Sequence record: DRR378314_953
Strand: one strand, 5' to 3'
DNA: 64,000 nucleotides
The translations under genes were made by a program, and so were the position numbers. Below the pieces are notes generated by a model. It was not told the origin of the DNA and did not search any database. It saw nothing but the letters and a program-made list of their open reading frames with translations. Below are positions 1-10,233 of the stretch, piece after piece (position 1 is the stretch's first letter; every line of letters begins with the position of its first letter).

Positions 1-438
1 GTAATCTTCATTAACCAATTGCGTGAAAAAATTGGGGTAATGTTCGGAAATCCGGAAACAACCACTGGAGGTAACGCCCTTAAATTTTATGCTTCCGTAC
101 GTTTGGATATAAGAAGATCTACCCAAATTAAGGATACCGACGGTGACGTACAAGGAAACAAGACACGTGTAAAAGTGGTGAAGAACAAGGTTGCCCCTCC
201 ATTCAGGACCGCCGAATTCGATATTATGTACGGGGAAGGTATTTCCAAAGTAGGGGAGATAATCGACCTGGGTGTTGAATTTGAAATTATTAAGAAGAGT
301 GGATCCTGGTTTAGTTACGGCGATACCAAGCTGGGCCAAGGTAGGGATGCTGTTAAAAGTTTACTACTGGACAATCCGGAACTACTCGAAGAACTGGAAG
401 GCAAAATTAAAGAAGCCATCAAAACAGTAAAGTCATAA
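1..438 (+). CDS. recA: Recombinase RecA, C-terminal part (5' truncated by window)
   Basis: Frame open from base 1 ([39 protein letters not shown]...KNKVAPPF), canonical RecA motifs. Confidence 0.99.
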   Translation, partial: VIFINQLREKIGVMFGNPETTTGGNALKFYASVRLDIRRSTQIKDTDGDVQGNKTRVKVVKNKVAPPFRTAEFDIMYGEGISKVGEIIDLGVEFEIIKKSGSWFSYGDTKLGQGRDAVKSLLLDNPELLEELEGKIKEAIKTVKS

Positions 439-443
439 ACCTT

Positions 444-470
444 AAAATCCCGATTTAATCGGGATTTTTT
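444..470 (+). terminator. Intrinsic terminator after recA
   Basis: AAAATCCCGAT-TTA-ATCGGGATTTTTT stem-loop with T tract. Confidence 0.85.
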
Positions 471-480
471 ATTTCTCCAC

Positions 481-506
481 GCAACCTTTATTTCCCGTTT
501 ACATCT
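481..506 (+). promoter_or_regulatory. Candidate ECF sigma promoter (GCAACC-N15-CATCT)
   Basis: AAC-type -35 and CATCT -10 directly after the recA terminator, upstream of lipoprotein-ECF sigma-anti-sigma genes; inference. Confidence 0.5.
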
Positions 507-627
507 TAATAACAAAAGCAATTGTTATGAAACCGACTTGCCCCTAAAAATTAAAATATGTCCATTCATATTTCTTAGGGAAAAAAGGTTTCCAAAACCA
601 TAATAAAACAACTTAAATATTAAGAAC

Positions 628-1104
628 ATGAAACGAGTATTCTTTTTGCTGCTTGTTGCCTCTTTTACCCTTTTAACATCTTGTGACATAGATGACGATG
701 TTAACTATCATTTTGAAGCTTTACAGGTAAAATCTGTAGAAATGCCGGAGTCATTTGATTACGGTGAAATCTATAAAATAAAAGTTACTTACTTTAGGCC
801 GAATAATTGTACCTTTTTCGAAGGTTTTGATGTAGTGAAAGAAGATTTAACTACTAGAAAGGTAGTTACTATTGGTACTGTTATTGAAGATGACGAGGAA
901 GAATGCACCGGTAGCGGTGAGGACTTAGTGGCAACATTTAACTTTGAGGTCCTATATGATGAGCCGTATTTATTTAGATATTGGACAGGTGAGGACGCCA
1001 GTGGTGAGCCAACATATTTGGAAATTACTGTGCCTGTCAACGAAGATAGTTCGGCCATATTAGCACCCGTAAGTGATATGGGCACGACCAATTTAAAGAA
1101 TTAG
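628..1104 (+). CDS. Hypothetical lipoprotein
   Basis: Signal peptide with lipobox LTSC followed by acidic DIDDD. Confidence 0.8.
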   Translation: MKRVFFLLLVASFTLLTSCDIDDDVNYHFEALQVKSVEMPESFDYGEIYKIKVTYFRPNNCTFFEGFDVVKEDLTTRKVVTIGTVIEDDEEECTGSGEDLVATFNFEVLYDEPYLFRYWTGEDASGEPTYLEITVPVNEDSSAILAPVSDMGTTNLKN

Positions 1105-1124
1105 TAAATAACCCAATCCATATT

Positions 1125-1667
1125 TTGAGTAATCTGGTAGAGCTCATAAATAATTGCAAAAAGGGGAACAGACAAGCACAAGAACAGCTATACCGGGATT
1201 ATTCCCGGATACTGTTCGGTATTTGTCTCAAATACTCGCGCAATAAAACGGAGGCCGAAGACAATCTGCATGATAGTTTTATGACCATCTACAGCAAAAT
1301 TGAGCAGTTTAAACACCAAGGTTCTTTTGAAGGCTGGATAAAGCGAATTACTGTAAATACAGTACTTCAAAAATATAGGAAAGAGGAGACCTTAACACTG
1401 GTCACAGATAATATAGAGGATGAAATGCCAGAAGATTCGGGCTATTTAAACCTGGATCTGGCCACCTTGCTTAGTTATGTGCAAGAGCTTCCCAATAAAT
1501 ACCGCTTAACCTTCAACCTTTATGTGTTGGATGGCTATAGCCACAAAGAGATCAGTGAAATGCTGGGAACGTCCCTAGGGACTTCCAAATCCAATCTTGC
1601 CAGGGCAAGAATGATATTAAAAGAAAAAATTGAGGCAAATAAAGCTGGAATTATAATGGAAGGGTAA
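1125..1667 (+). CDS. ECF RNA polymerase sigma factor
   Basis: Region 2 (AEDNLHDSF, SFEGWIKRI) and region 4 (GYSHKEISEMLG..GTSKSNLARAR); TTG start. Confidence 0.95.
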   Translation: MSNLVELINNCKKGNRQAQEQLYRDYSRILFGICLKYSRNKTEAEDNLHDSFMTIYSKIEQFKHQGSFEGWIKRITVNTVLQKYRKEETLTLVTDNIEDEMPEDSGYLNLDLATLLSYVQELPNKYRLTFNLYVLDGYSHKEISEMLGTSLGTSKSNLARARMILKEKIEANKAGIIMEG

Positions 1668-1705
1668 ACCCTCCGGATTATAATCCCTGCTGAACAATTG
1701 AAAAC

Positions 1706-3205
1706 ATGAGTGAAAATAATTTAGACAAATTATTTCAAGAGAAGTTGGCCAACTTCCAAGAAATTCCAGACGAAAAAGTATGGAATTCCATAGCCACTTC
1801 CTTGGATAATAAGAAACGATCCCGCAAGCTTATTCCCCTTTGGTGGAAAGTGGGTGGAGCGGCAGCAATACTTGCCATCCTATTCTTTGCGATCGATCCT
1901 TTTTCCACTTCCGAATCGGCAACACCGGTTATTACAGATGTAGAAAATAATACCCCAAGTACCAAGGACGATAATATTTTACAGGAATCTTCCATTGAAG
2001 CCACCAGCATAACCGGTAATGAAGGGAAAACACTAGAGGAAAATAAAATTGAAGCCTCAGACCAAACGGCTAGGGACAAAATTACAGATCCCCTGCCCAA
2101 CAAGGGAAGCATAGCTGCAGAAGGTAACCCAAAACAAGATAACTCAGGAAAAGGACAAAAGACCGCTATTCCAACCCACACAGCATCCAAGGAATTGGTG
2201 ACAAATGCATCGGGCACTAAGAGTATTGATAATAATGCTGGCCAAGATCCGGCCAATTCCGTATATCCAAAACCAAAAGAGGACATATTACCCTCTAAGG
2301 AGTTGCCTATTCCTGCTGAGGAAGCAATTGTACATCAAGAAAACAATAACGCAAACAAGCCAATTGTGAAAACTCCAGAGGTGAACTCTGAGGACCTTCC
2401 ATCAAATAAAAAATCCATTTTAGAGGCCATTGAAGAAAATGAGGTCGTTGAAGTTAAGCAAACCCACAATGGAAAGTGGTCTGCAGGTCCCAGTATTGCT
2501 CCAGTTTACTTTAACGGTATGGGTGAAGGATCCCCAATCAATTCCATTCTAGCCTCCAATAGCAAAACAGGAAGTGTAACCATGAGTTACGGTATTACGG
2601 TAGCTTACGAAATTTCCAAAAAACTAAGCCTGCGCTCCGGTATTCATAAGGTAGATTATGGTTATGATACCAACGACGTCTCCTTTACATCCTCCTTTAA
2701 CGCTTCTACGGGTAACCAAATAAGCAATATTGATTATTCCAATGACTCCCAATCCATCATTTTGAATAATCCCATTAGCGAAAATGTAATTCCCAAACCC
2801 GGATCTGTATTCGCTATGGATGTAACTGGCAAAAACCCTACCCGCTTAGGAACAATGGGGCAACAAATGGGGTATTTGGAGGTACCTCTTGAACTAAACT
2901 ATGCGCTCTTGAACCGTAAATTTGGCGTCAACATTATAGGTGGGGTAAGTTCCCTATTTCTTACGGATAATTCCGTGGTGTTGGAATCCAGCGGACAGAC
3001 TACAGAGTTTGGGGAGGCCAATAATATCAATTCCGTTAATTTTAGCACCAACCTTGGTCTTGGACTGGATTACAAGTTTACGCCTAAGCTTAAATTTAAT
3101 GTTGAGCCGGTTTTCAAATATCAACTGAATACCTTTTCGAATACATCGGGCAATTTTAACCCCTATTCGTTGGGGGTTTACAGCGGGTTCACGTTCAAGT
3201 TTTAA
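1706..3205 (+). CDS. Putative dual membrane-spanning anti-sigma factor with C-terminal outer-membrane beta-barrel
   Basis: Short charged N-terminal domain, TM helix (LWWKVGGAAAILAILFFAI), ~190 aa low-complexity linker, amphipathic beta-strand C-terminus ending YSGFTFKF; follows ECF sigma. Confidence 0.75.
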   Translation: MSENNLDKLFQEKLANFQEIPDEKVWNSIATSLDNKKRSRKLIPLWWKVGGAAAILAILFFAIDPFSTSESATPVITDVENNTPSTKDDNILQESSIEATSITGNEGKTLEENKIEASDQTARDKITDPLPNKGSIAAEGNPKQDNSGKGQKTAIPTHTASKELVTNASGTKSIDNNAGQDPANSVYPKPKEDILPSKELPIPAEEAIVHQENNNANKPIVKTPEVNSEDLPSNKKSILEAIEENEVVEVKQTHNGKWSAGPSIAPVYFNGMGEGSPINSILASNSKTGSVTMSYGITVAYEISKKLSLRSGIHKVDYGYDTNDVSFTSSFNASTGNQISNIDYSNDSQSIILNNPISENVIPKPGSVFAMDVTGKNPTRLGTMGQQMGYLEVPLELNYALLNRKFGVNIIGGVSSLFLTDNSVVLESSGQTTEFGEANNINSVNFSTNLGLGLDYKFTPKLKFNVEPVFKYQLNTFSNTSGNFNPYSLGVYSGFTFKF

Positions 3206-3244
3206 TTCTAAATAAAAATGGATTGGCTGACGGGAATTGTTAGC

Positions 3245-3985
3245 CTAATGGGAATGTTCTAGATCGTTCAGTATTACCGCTCTTACGGATTCCCGAAGCT
3301 CAATCTTATCTGTTTCTTTAAGATTATGAGTTGCAAAAAATTTATGTACCCTAACGCGTAACCTCCCTGGACGGCCACTAAAAAAAGTAAAGGAAAATCG
3401 CTTTTTGTTGTCATAAAATGTCATGGGAACTAGAGGAATTTTATGCGCAATGGCCATTTTAAATGCCCCGTCCTTAAAATCGTCCAAAACAATATGTTCA
3501 TCGGGTACGCCGCCCTCCGGAAAAATACATATACTCAAGCCTTGTTGTAATCTTTTTTGTGCCCTTCTGTATACCGCTGTCCTGCTTTTAGCGCTCTCCC
3601 TATCCACCAAAATACATACCCTTTTATAGAAGAACCCGAATAAAGGAATATTCACCAATTCCTTCTTCCCGATAAAAACAAAAGGATTTTTACTGACTTT
3701 TAACATCAACATAATATCCAGCATACTGGTGTGATTGGAGACCAGCATATAGCTTTCACCCTTTTTAAGCCTTTGCTCCCACTCAATTACCGGAAAACAC
3801 CCCATGCCATAAAGAATAGTATTGGCCCAAATATTTCGGGCCATCCAAAAAAACTGTGGGTAAGTCCTTTCGGAAAGTGTAAAAATCACCAAAAAAGGTA
3901 ACATTATTAAAATGGGCAAAAACACTAAAAAATAGAACCAAATCCGGTAGAGCGTATGGCCTATTTTTTTTAGGAATGATAACAT
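3245..3985 (-). CDS. plsC: 1-acyl-sn-glycerol-3-phosphate (lysophospholipid) acyltransferase
   Basis: NHTSMLD (HX4D) and FPEG motifs. Confidence 0.9.
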   Translation of the reverse strand: MLSFLKKIGHTLYRIWFYFLVFLPILIMLPFLVIFTLSERTYPQFFWMARNIWANTILYGMGCFPVIEWEQRLKKGESYMLVSNHTSMLDIMLMLKVSKNPFVFIGKKELVNIPLFGFFYKRVCILVDRESAKSRTAVYRRAQKRLQQGLSICIFPEGGVPDEHIVLDDFKDGAFKMAIAHKIPLVPMTFYDNKKRFSFTFFSGRPGRLRVRVHKFFATHNLKETDKIELRESVRAVILNDLEHSH

Positions 3986-3990
3986 GCAGT

Positions 3991-4036
3991 CAAAAGTAAT
4001 AATTTTAGTCCTTCTTTAGAATTTCTTTTACCTTTG
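3991..4036. promoter_or_regulatory. Divergent Bacteroidota -7 promoter boxes for plsC and trpS
   Basis: TACTTTTG on - strand (3991-3998) and TACCTTTG on + strand (4029-4036) match TAnnTTTG. Confidence 0.7.
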
Positions 4037-4056
4037 CCTTCTTTGAAAGTAAAATA

Positions 4057-5025
4057 ATGGCAAGAATCTTAACCGGTATACAAAGTACAGGAACCCCTCA
4101 TCTAGGGAATATTTTGGGAGCGATCATCCCAGCGATAGAAATGGCAAACAATCCAGCAAACGATTCCTTTCTCTTTATTGCGGATATGCACTCATTAACT
4201 CAAATTAAGAATGGAGAGCTATTACGAAACAACACTTATGCTGTTGCGGCTACCTGGTTGGCATTTGGCTTGGACATTAATAAAACCGCCTTTTATCGCC
4301 AGAGTGATATCCCCCAGACCGCAGAACTGGCTTGGTACCTCAGCTGTTTTTTTCCATACCAAAGACTAACCCTAGCACACTCTTTTAAGGACAAGGCAGA
4401 CAGATTGGACGACGTAAATGCCGGTTTGTTCTTTTATCCCATGCTAATGGCTGCGGATATACTTCTATATGATGCAGAGATAGTCCCTGTAGGCAAGGAT
4501 CAAATGCAGCATTTGGAAATGACGCGGGACGTAGCCTCAAGGTTCCACGCCCAATTGGGAGAAACTTTTGTAATACCTGAAGGAAAGGTACAGGAAGAGA
4601 CCATGTATATCCCTGGCACCGATGGCTCCAAAATGAGCAAAAGCAAGGGGAATTTGATAAGCCTTTTTCAAACCGACAAACAATTGCGCAAACAGATTAT
4701 GGGTATACAAACGGACAGTACCCCTATGGAAGCCCCTAAAGATCCAAATACGGATAATGTGTTTGCACTGTACAAAATTCTTGCTACAGAAAATCAAGTT
4801 GCCGAAATGCGGTCCAATTATATAAACGGCAACTATGGCTATGGGCATGCCAAACAAGCGCTATACGAAGTGGTCTTGGAACGCTTTGGCGAAGCTAGGG
4901 AAAAGTTCAATTATTATATGAATAATCTAAACGAACTGGATGAAGCCTTGGCTTTTGGCGCCAAAAAAGCCAAAATAGTGGCCGATGGGGTTCTGGAAAG
5001 AGTAAGGATGAAGGTGGGGTATTGA
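4057..5025 (+). CDS. trpS: Tryptophan--tRNA ligase
   Basis: TGIQSTGTPHLGN (HIGH-like), VPVGKDQ, KMSKS. Confidence 0.98.
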   Translation: MARILTGIQSTGTPHLGNILGAIIPAIEMANNPANDSFLFIADMHSLTQIKNGELLRNNTYAVAATWLAFGLDINKTAFYRQSDIPQTAELAWYLSCFFPYQRLTLAHSFKDKADRLDDVNAGLFFYPMLMAADILLYDAEIVPVGKDQMQHLEMTRDVASRFHAQLGETFVIPEGKVQEETMYIPGTDGSKMSKSKGNLISLFQTDKQLRKQIMGIQTDSTPMEAPKDPNTDNVFALYKILATENQVAEMRSNYINGNYGYGHAKQALYEVVLERFGEAREKFNYYMNNLNELDEALAFGAKKAKIVADGVLERVRMKVGY

Positions 5026-5090
5026 TTTTTGGGCAACTCTTGTCCATTTTAATTTTTAGTTCGTAACTTAATGCTCCTATAAAGGAAGCA

Positions 5091-8000
5091 ATGGCACGGA
5101 TTACCCATTATATTCTATTATCCACTGTTTGTCTATATTCTATTTTACTATTTGGTACTCACAAAAGTTATTCCGTGGTAGTGGCCAAGGTAAGCCCGAA
5201 CATTTTCCAACAGTTTAAAATAAACGGAAAGGTCATAGATAAAGCCACGGGAGAAGCCATACCCTTTTGCAATATTGGAATTGCAAGCTCTCCATGGGGA
5301 ACCGCAAGTAATGAATTGGGAGAGTTTGTTGTGCAATTGGATTCGTTGCCCGCCACAATTATATTTTCCCATATAAACTACAATAAATTTACCCTCGAAA
5401 TTTCACAACCTGGCAACCTAGTAGTTGAACTAACTCCTTTGACCAATATACTTGAAGAGGTCACTGTAATGGCATCCAAGAAAGAGCCTTATGCCATGGA
5501 ATTGGCTAAAAAAGCATTTCAAAAAGCGAATAGCCAATCTTCTAAATCCAATTACGGTAGGGCCTTTTACCGACAAAAATCGAGAAATGGAGATCAGTAT
5601 TCCGAGTTTTCCGAAATTATTTATGACATACGTTATAATGCCTTAGGTATAGAAGATTGGGATATAATTGAAGGTAGATATGCGCTACAGCCCGGAGGCC
5701 TGCATAATAGAAACTACACCCTTTTAACCCGATTGATTTCTCCATTTCAACCCAACACGGAAGAAGTTATTTTTCCTATGCATCCTGCTTTGGAAGTCTT
5801 TTATGATATCTACCTAGTTGAATACATACAATCCGGCAATGATAAAATTGCAGTATTAAAGCTACGGCCCATAAAAACCAACAAAACCCCAACCTTCGAG
5901 TCAGAGGTGTACATCAACGTTAATACTTACGATATCCTAAAGATTATCGGCAGTCTTTCCCATGACGATTTAAAATTTGTGCAACTCATGAAAAATAACA
6001 ACAATGCATGGAAAGACTATAATATCTCTTTTGAAATAGCATATAAGAAGGAAAATGAGAGCAATGTTTCCATAGATTATATTAATATAAACCAAGAATT
6101 TGACTACTATGTAAATGACAAATTCGAATTTCATACCAATTCTTCCTCGAACCTTACTTTTTTTGAACATTACACTCCTACTTCTAGGAAAAAATTAGGT
6201 GGACAATTCGGGAAAAATAAAAGTGACTGGCAAAAACTTGACGAAATAGGATATGATGAAAAATTTTGGATAGACAATCCAATTGTAAAAAGGACCCCTG
6301 TAGAGGAAGAGGTAATTGCCTCCTTCGCAAAAGTCGGTGCATTTGGATCCATCTTCCTAAATAGCAAAGATCAAGTGGCATTGATTCAATCCGATTTGAC
6401 CAATGACGTATTTATAAAGGATTTGTCGACCTGGATGAACCGATATAATAATTACAACCCCATTGAAAAAGTCTATTTGCATATGGACAAAGAAATAATG
6501 GCATCTGGCGAAACCCTGTGGTACACCGCATATACGGTTTTGGGCCCGTATCACCATTTTTCCTTAGGCAGTAGGGTGCTTCATGTGGATCTAATTGGTC
6601 CAAAAAATGAAATAGTGTTATCACAAACCCATGAAATTGTAAATGGCAAGGCCATAGGTTCCATTGATTTGCCCCCAAACCTTCCTTCCGATAATTATCA
6701 GTTGCGGTCCTATACCAATTGGATGCGAAATTTTGATCAGGATTTCTTTTACACCAAGGCCATAAAGGTTCTTAACAAAAACAGTACCCCTATTGCAGCT
6801 ACCCCAAAAGAAGATAAAATTGATTTACAGTTCTTCCCTGAAGGAGGGCACTTGGTGGCCAATTTGGTGGGCCAAGTTGCATTTAAAGCTATTGGCAAGG
6901 ACGGAATTGAGAGAAATATAAAAGGACAATTGGTCGATTCAAAAGGAAATTTTATTGCCACTCTGGCTACGATAGATAGAGGGTCTGGATTTTTCACCTT
7001 AAAGCCCTTGGCCGGCGAACAGTATTCAGTAATCCTTAGCGACGGTTCCATATATCCCTTCCCAAAAGTTATGAATGAAGGGTATGCCATTACCGTCTAT
7101 AACGTTAACCCTAAAAGCATTCAGGTAAAAATCCAGGCTACCGAAACATTCAGTGAAAGGTATTTTTATGTAATCGGGCATATAAACAATAAAAAATATT
7201 ACCAAGGCAAATTTGACTTTGAAGGCCAGCCTGTTGTGAATTTTGAGATTCCAAAAAGTAAACTGCCCAGTGGAATTATGACCCTCACCCTCTTTGATGC
7301 ACAAAAAAAAGCATGGTGCGAGCGTATCGCATTCATCAATAATCAAGATGAACTGGTTATTACATCAAAAATGGACCCTAAAAAGTTTAAGGACAGAAGT
7401 GAAATTACGGTAGATGTGCATGTAACAGATACAGATGGCAGACCTGTGTCAGCTGAACTGTCCATGGCGGCCACGGACACAAAACAAGGCTTAAAGAATC
7501 CGGACGATGCCAATATTATAACGCACTTATTGTTACAGTCCGATCTAAAAGGACATATTACCGAGCCTGGGCTACTTTTTCGAAATCAGAAAAAAGCAAC
7601 CTTACACGCCCTGGATTTGGTTATGCTTACCCATGGCTGGAGAAAAATCCCCTGGTCAGATAATGATGCTGTTACGGATTCCCCCAAAGATTTCAATTTT
7701 GTTAAAGGGCTTTCCATTTCAGGAAGGGCCACGAGTCTAAACAATAAACCCTTAGGTAATACTCCCATGACCGTAATTGCCAAATCCGGGGAGCAATTGG
7801 GCATGCTGTCCACCAGGACGGCATTGGATGGAAGTTTTAGCATTCCAGATTTTAACTTTAAGGACTCGACCAATATTGCATTTAATGCCTTTGACGCCTC
7901 GGACAAACCAACTGATGTAAAAATTATTTTGGACAAACGGCAAACGGTACTTCCGCCTCCTAGATTTAAAAACTCGAATTCAAAGGCCGAGAGTTATAAT

Positions 8001-8840
8001 GGGATTAGGTACCCCCAAAGAAATTTGGATCCTGCCTTAGACCTAAGGAATACCACAAAACTTGATGAAGTAATAGTTACCGAAAAAAGGGTTGAAAAAT
8101 CCAGAAACGCCTCTCCTTCCGTGTACGGACAGACCCCTGATGCTACCTTGTACATGGAAGATCACCAATCCGCCCAAACTGTTCTTGATTTGGTAAGAAG
8201 GTTTAGTGGCGTCACCGTAAATGGCAATACAGTAAGTATCAGGAATGGAGGTACGCCATTGTGGGTGCTTAATGGAATGCCTGTCAATAATGATAATCCT
8301 TCAGCATCATCCCTGGCCCGTGCCTCCCAAAGGCAAGGATCTTCTACTGACCAAGGTGCGGCAAGCGTTGCACCCACAGCCATTTCTTTATCCATGGAAC
8401 AATCCATGGCCCCAAGCCCCGTACCTACCTACATTGCCACAATGGATACCTATTCCGTAGAAAGAGTGGAAATATTAAAAGGTCCATCTGCGGCCATATA
8501 CGGCTCCCGTGGGGCCAATGGGGTTATTCTTATCTATACCAAAAGAGGTGGAAGTAAATTTATAGCCCCAGCAATATCACCGGATTTTACCGTTATGGGC
8601 CATGCACCCGAACGAGTGTTTTATTCCCCTAAATACAATGTGGTATCCGATGAAAACAGTAGTCCGGATCACCGCGCAACACTTTATTGGAATCCTTCCT
8701 TTAAAACGGACAAAAATGGAAATGCGCGACTTCAATTTTATAATTCGGATAGTGCCAAACAAATTCAGGTGGATATTGAAGGATTATCCCCTTATGGAAC
8801 CCCTGGAAAATATCTACAAATCTTTGGTACGGACGATTGA
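5091..8840 (+). CDS. Large exported protein: carboxypeptidase-regulatory-like domain, MG2-like domain and TonB-receptor plug-like domain, no beta-barrel
   Basis: INGKVIDKATGEAIPF; EKVYLHMDK..GETLWY; DLQFFPEGG; VEILKGPSAAIYGSRGANGVILIYTK; C-terminal TLYWNP..IEG. Confidence 0.75.
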   Translation: MARITHYILLSTVCLYSILLFGTHKSYSVVVAKVSPNIFQQFKINGKVIDKATGEAIPFCNIGIASSPWGTASNELGEFVVQLDSLPATIIFSHINYNKFTLEISQPGNLVVELTPLTNILEEVTVMASKKEPYAMELAKKAFQKANSQSSKSNYGRAFYRQKSRNGDQYSEFSEIIYDIRYNALGIEDWDIIEGRYALQPGGLHNRNYTLLTRLISPFQPNTEEVIFPMHPALEVFYDIYLVEYIQSGNDKIAVLKLRPIKTNKTPTFESEVYINVNTYDILKIIGSLSHDDLKFVQLMKNNNNAWKDYNISFEIAYKKENESNVSIDYININQEFDYYVNDKFEFHTNSSSNLTFFEHYTPTSRKKLGGQFGKNKSDWQKLDEIGYDEKFWIDNPIVKRTPVEEEVIASFAKVGAFGSIFLNSKDQVALIQSDLTNDVFIKDLSTWMNRYNNYNPIEKVYLHMDKEIMASGETLWYTAYTVLGPYHHFSLGSRVLHVDLIGPKNEIVLSQTHEIVNGKAIGSIDLPPNLPSDNYQLRSYTNWMRNFDQDFFYTKAIKVLNKNSTPIAATPKEDKIDLQFFPEGGHLVANLVGQVAFKAIGKDGIERNIKGQLVDSKGNFIATLATIDRGSGFFTLKPLAGEQYSVILSDGSIYPFPKVMNEGYAITVYNVNPKSIQVKIQATETFSERYFYVIGHINNKKYYQGKFDFEGQPVVNFEIPKSKLPSGIMTLTLFDAQKKAWCERIAFINNQDELVITSKMDPKKFKDRSEITVDVHVTDTDGRPVSAELSMAATDTKQGLKNPDDANIITHLLLQSDLKGHITEPGLLFRNQKKATLHALDLVMLTHGWRKIPWSDNDAVTDSPKDFNFVKGLSISGRATSLNNKPLGNTPMTVIAKSGEQLGMLSTRTALDGSFSIPDFNFKDSTNIAFNAFDASDKPTDVKIILDKRQTVLPPPRFKNSNSKAESYNGIRYPQRNLDPALDLRNTTKLDEVIVTEKRVEKSRNASPSVYGQTPDATLYMEDHQSAQTVLDLVRRFSGVTVNGNTVSIRNGGTPLWVLNGMPVNNDNPSASSLARASQRQGSSTDQGAASVAPTAISLSMEQSMAPSPVPTYIATMDTYSVERVEILKGPSAAIYGSRGANGVILIYTKRGGSKFIAPAISPDFTVMGHAPERVFYSPKYNVVSDENSSPDHRATLYWNPSFKTDKNGNARLQFYNSDSAKQIQVDIEGLSPYGTPGKYLQIFGTDD

Positions 8841-9025
8841 TTCACAAAGACTGTCCTTAGCGCTTTTATTACATCAATATACCATCCAGTCGGTTTGGGC
8901 TCTTCATGGTTTAGGTCCATGGTTCAAAATCAAGGATTTGTAGTGGCCTTTTATCGATAAGCGACCACATTCCCCTAACTCCAGCGCTAATTTTTGAATA
9001 AAGAAACCAATAGGTCTGTCATTAT

Positions 9026-10129
9026 TTAGATAGCCTCGAACAATTTACCTGGAAGTGGCCTCACTACTCCCTTCATTTCCATATTCAAGAGGGTAGAGGA
9101 AACCTTAAATATGGGCAACTTACAGTCCAATGCAATAAGGTCCAACATTTGTTTCCCCCCCTGCTGCAAATAATCATAGATTTCCTTCTCGGTATCGTCC
9201 AAATCTACAAATAGTTGCTTTTGAATGGAAACGGGCTCCTTTTCTTCCAATTCCCAGCCCAACATATAGATCAAGTCGGCGGCCGAGGTAAGCATTTGTG
9301 CTTTCTGATGTTTAATGAGATTATTGCATCCACTGCTGTACTTATCCTGGGTTCTTCCAGGCACGGCAAAAACATCTCGATTATAACTGTTGGCTATATC
9401 TGCGGTAACCAGACTACCCCCTTTTTCAGCGGATTCCACTACAATAGTAGCTTCGCCCATACCAGCAATAATCCGATTTCGCTTTAAAAAATTTTCCCTA
9501 TCCGGTTGACTCGTGCTCCAAAATTCAGTGAAAAAACCACCATTTTTATTTATATCGGTCACATATTTTTCATGTATTTTTGGATAAATCTGATTCAACC
9601 CATGGGCCAGGCATCCAATAGTTTGTAAACCATGTTTCACGGCTGCCCTCTGTACACAAATATCCACCCCGTAGGCAAACCCACTAACAATAATTGGATC
9701 CAATGGTGCCAAGTCCTCTATTAATTGCTCGCAAAATGAAGTGCCATAACTGGTAATATTTCTGGTACCAACAATACTTATGATCCTCCTGCGGTTCAAA
9801 TCTATGTTCCCCTGACTGAAAAGTAAAATAGGACTATCTATACAATGTTTTAAATAAGCGGGATAACCGTCCTCCATAAAATAATGAAGGTTTATTTCCT
9901 GACTCCTAATAAACTCATATTCCAATTCAGCGGCCTCCAAATGCTCCAGATCCATAAGTCCTTTTAAGATCCCGGAACCAATACCATCCAACTTTTTCAA
10001 ACGAGTCATTTTTTCCTCAAAAATGGCCGAAGGACTCCCACAACTGGATATTAATTTTTTTGCGGTAACGTCACCAATATTCGGAACGTTCTGCAAACGA
10101 AGAATAGCAATTATTTCATCTCTAGTCAT
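9026..10129 (-). CDS. dprA: DNA-processing protein DprA
   Basis: SIVGTR, IVSGFAYGVD, FLKRNRIIAG, VFAVPG, C-terminal winged helix. Confidence 0.97.
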   Translation of the reverse strand: MTRDEIIAILRLQNVPNIGDVTAKKLISSCGSPSAIFEEKMTRLKKLDGIGSGILKGLMDLEHLEAAELEYEFIRSQEINLHYFMEDGYPAYLKHCIDSPILLFSQGNIDLNRRRIISIVGTRNITSYGTSFCEQLIEDLAPLDPIIVSGFAYGVDICVQRAAVKHGLQTIGCLAHGLNQIYPKIHEKYVTDINKNGGFFTEFWSTSQPDRENFLKRNRIIAGMGEATIVVESAEKGGSLVTADIANSYNRDVFAVPGRTQDKYSSGCNNLIKHQKAQMLTSAADLIYMLGWELEEKEPVSIQKQLFVDLDDTEKEIYDYLQQGGKQMLDLIALDCKLPIFKVSSTLLNMEMKGVVRPLPGKLFEAI

Positions 10130-10233
10130 TTATGGAACCGGCTTAGTTGTTCACAAAATACATAAATTATAATGTTAATAAAAAGTTATGTGAAGAGTTT
10201 TGAACTTGTGTATTTTTTATAATCTTTGTCCCT

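Noticed and set aside
8602-8943. Alternative-frame ORF at the end of the 1249-aa gene suggesting a frameshifted barrel
   Set aside because: The main frame ends with a plausible TLYWNP...IEG C-terminus and the alternative frame is not beta-barrel-like.
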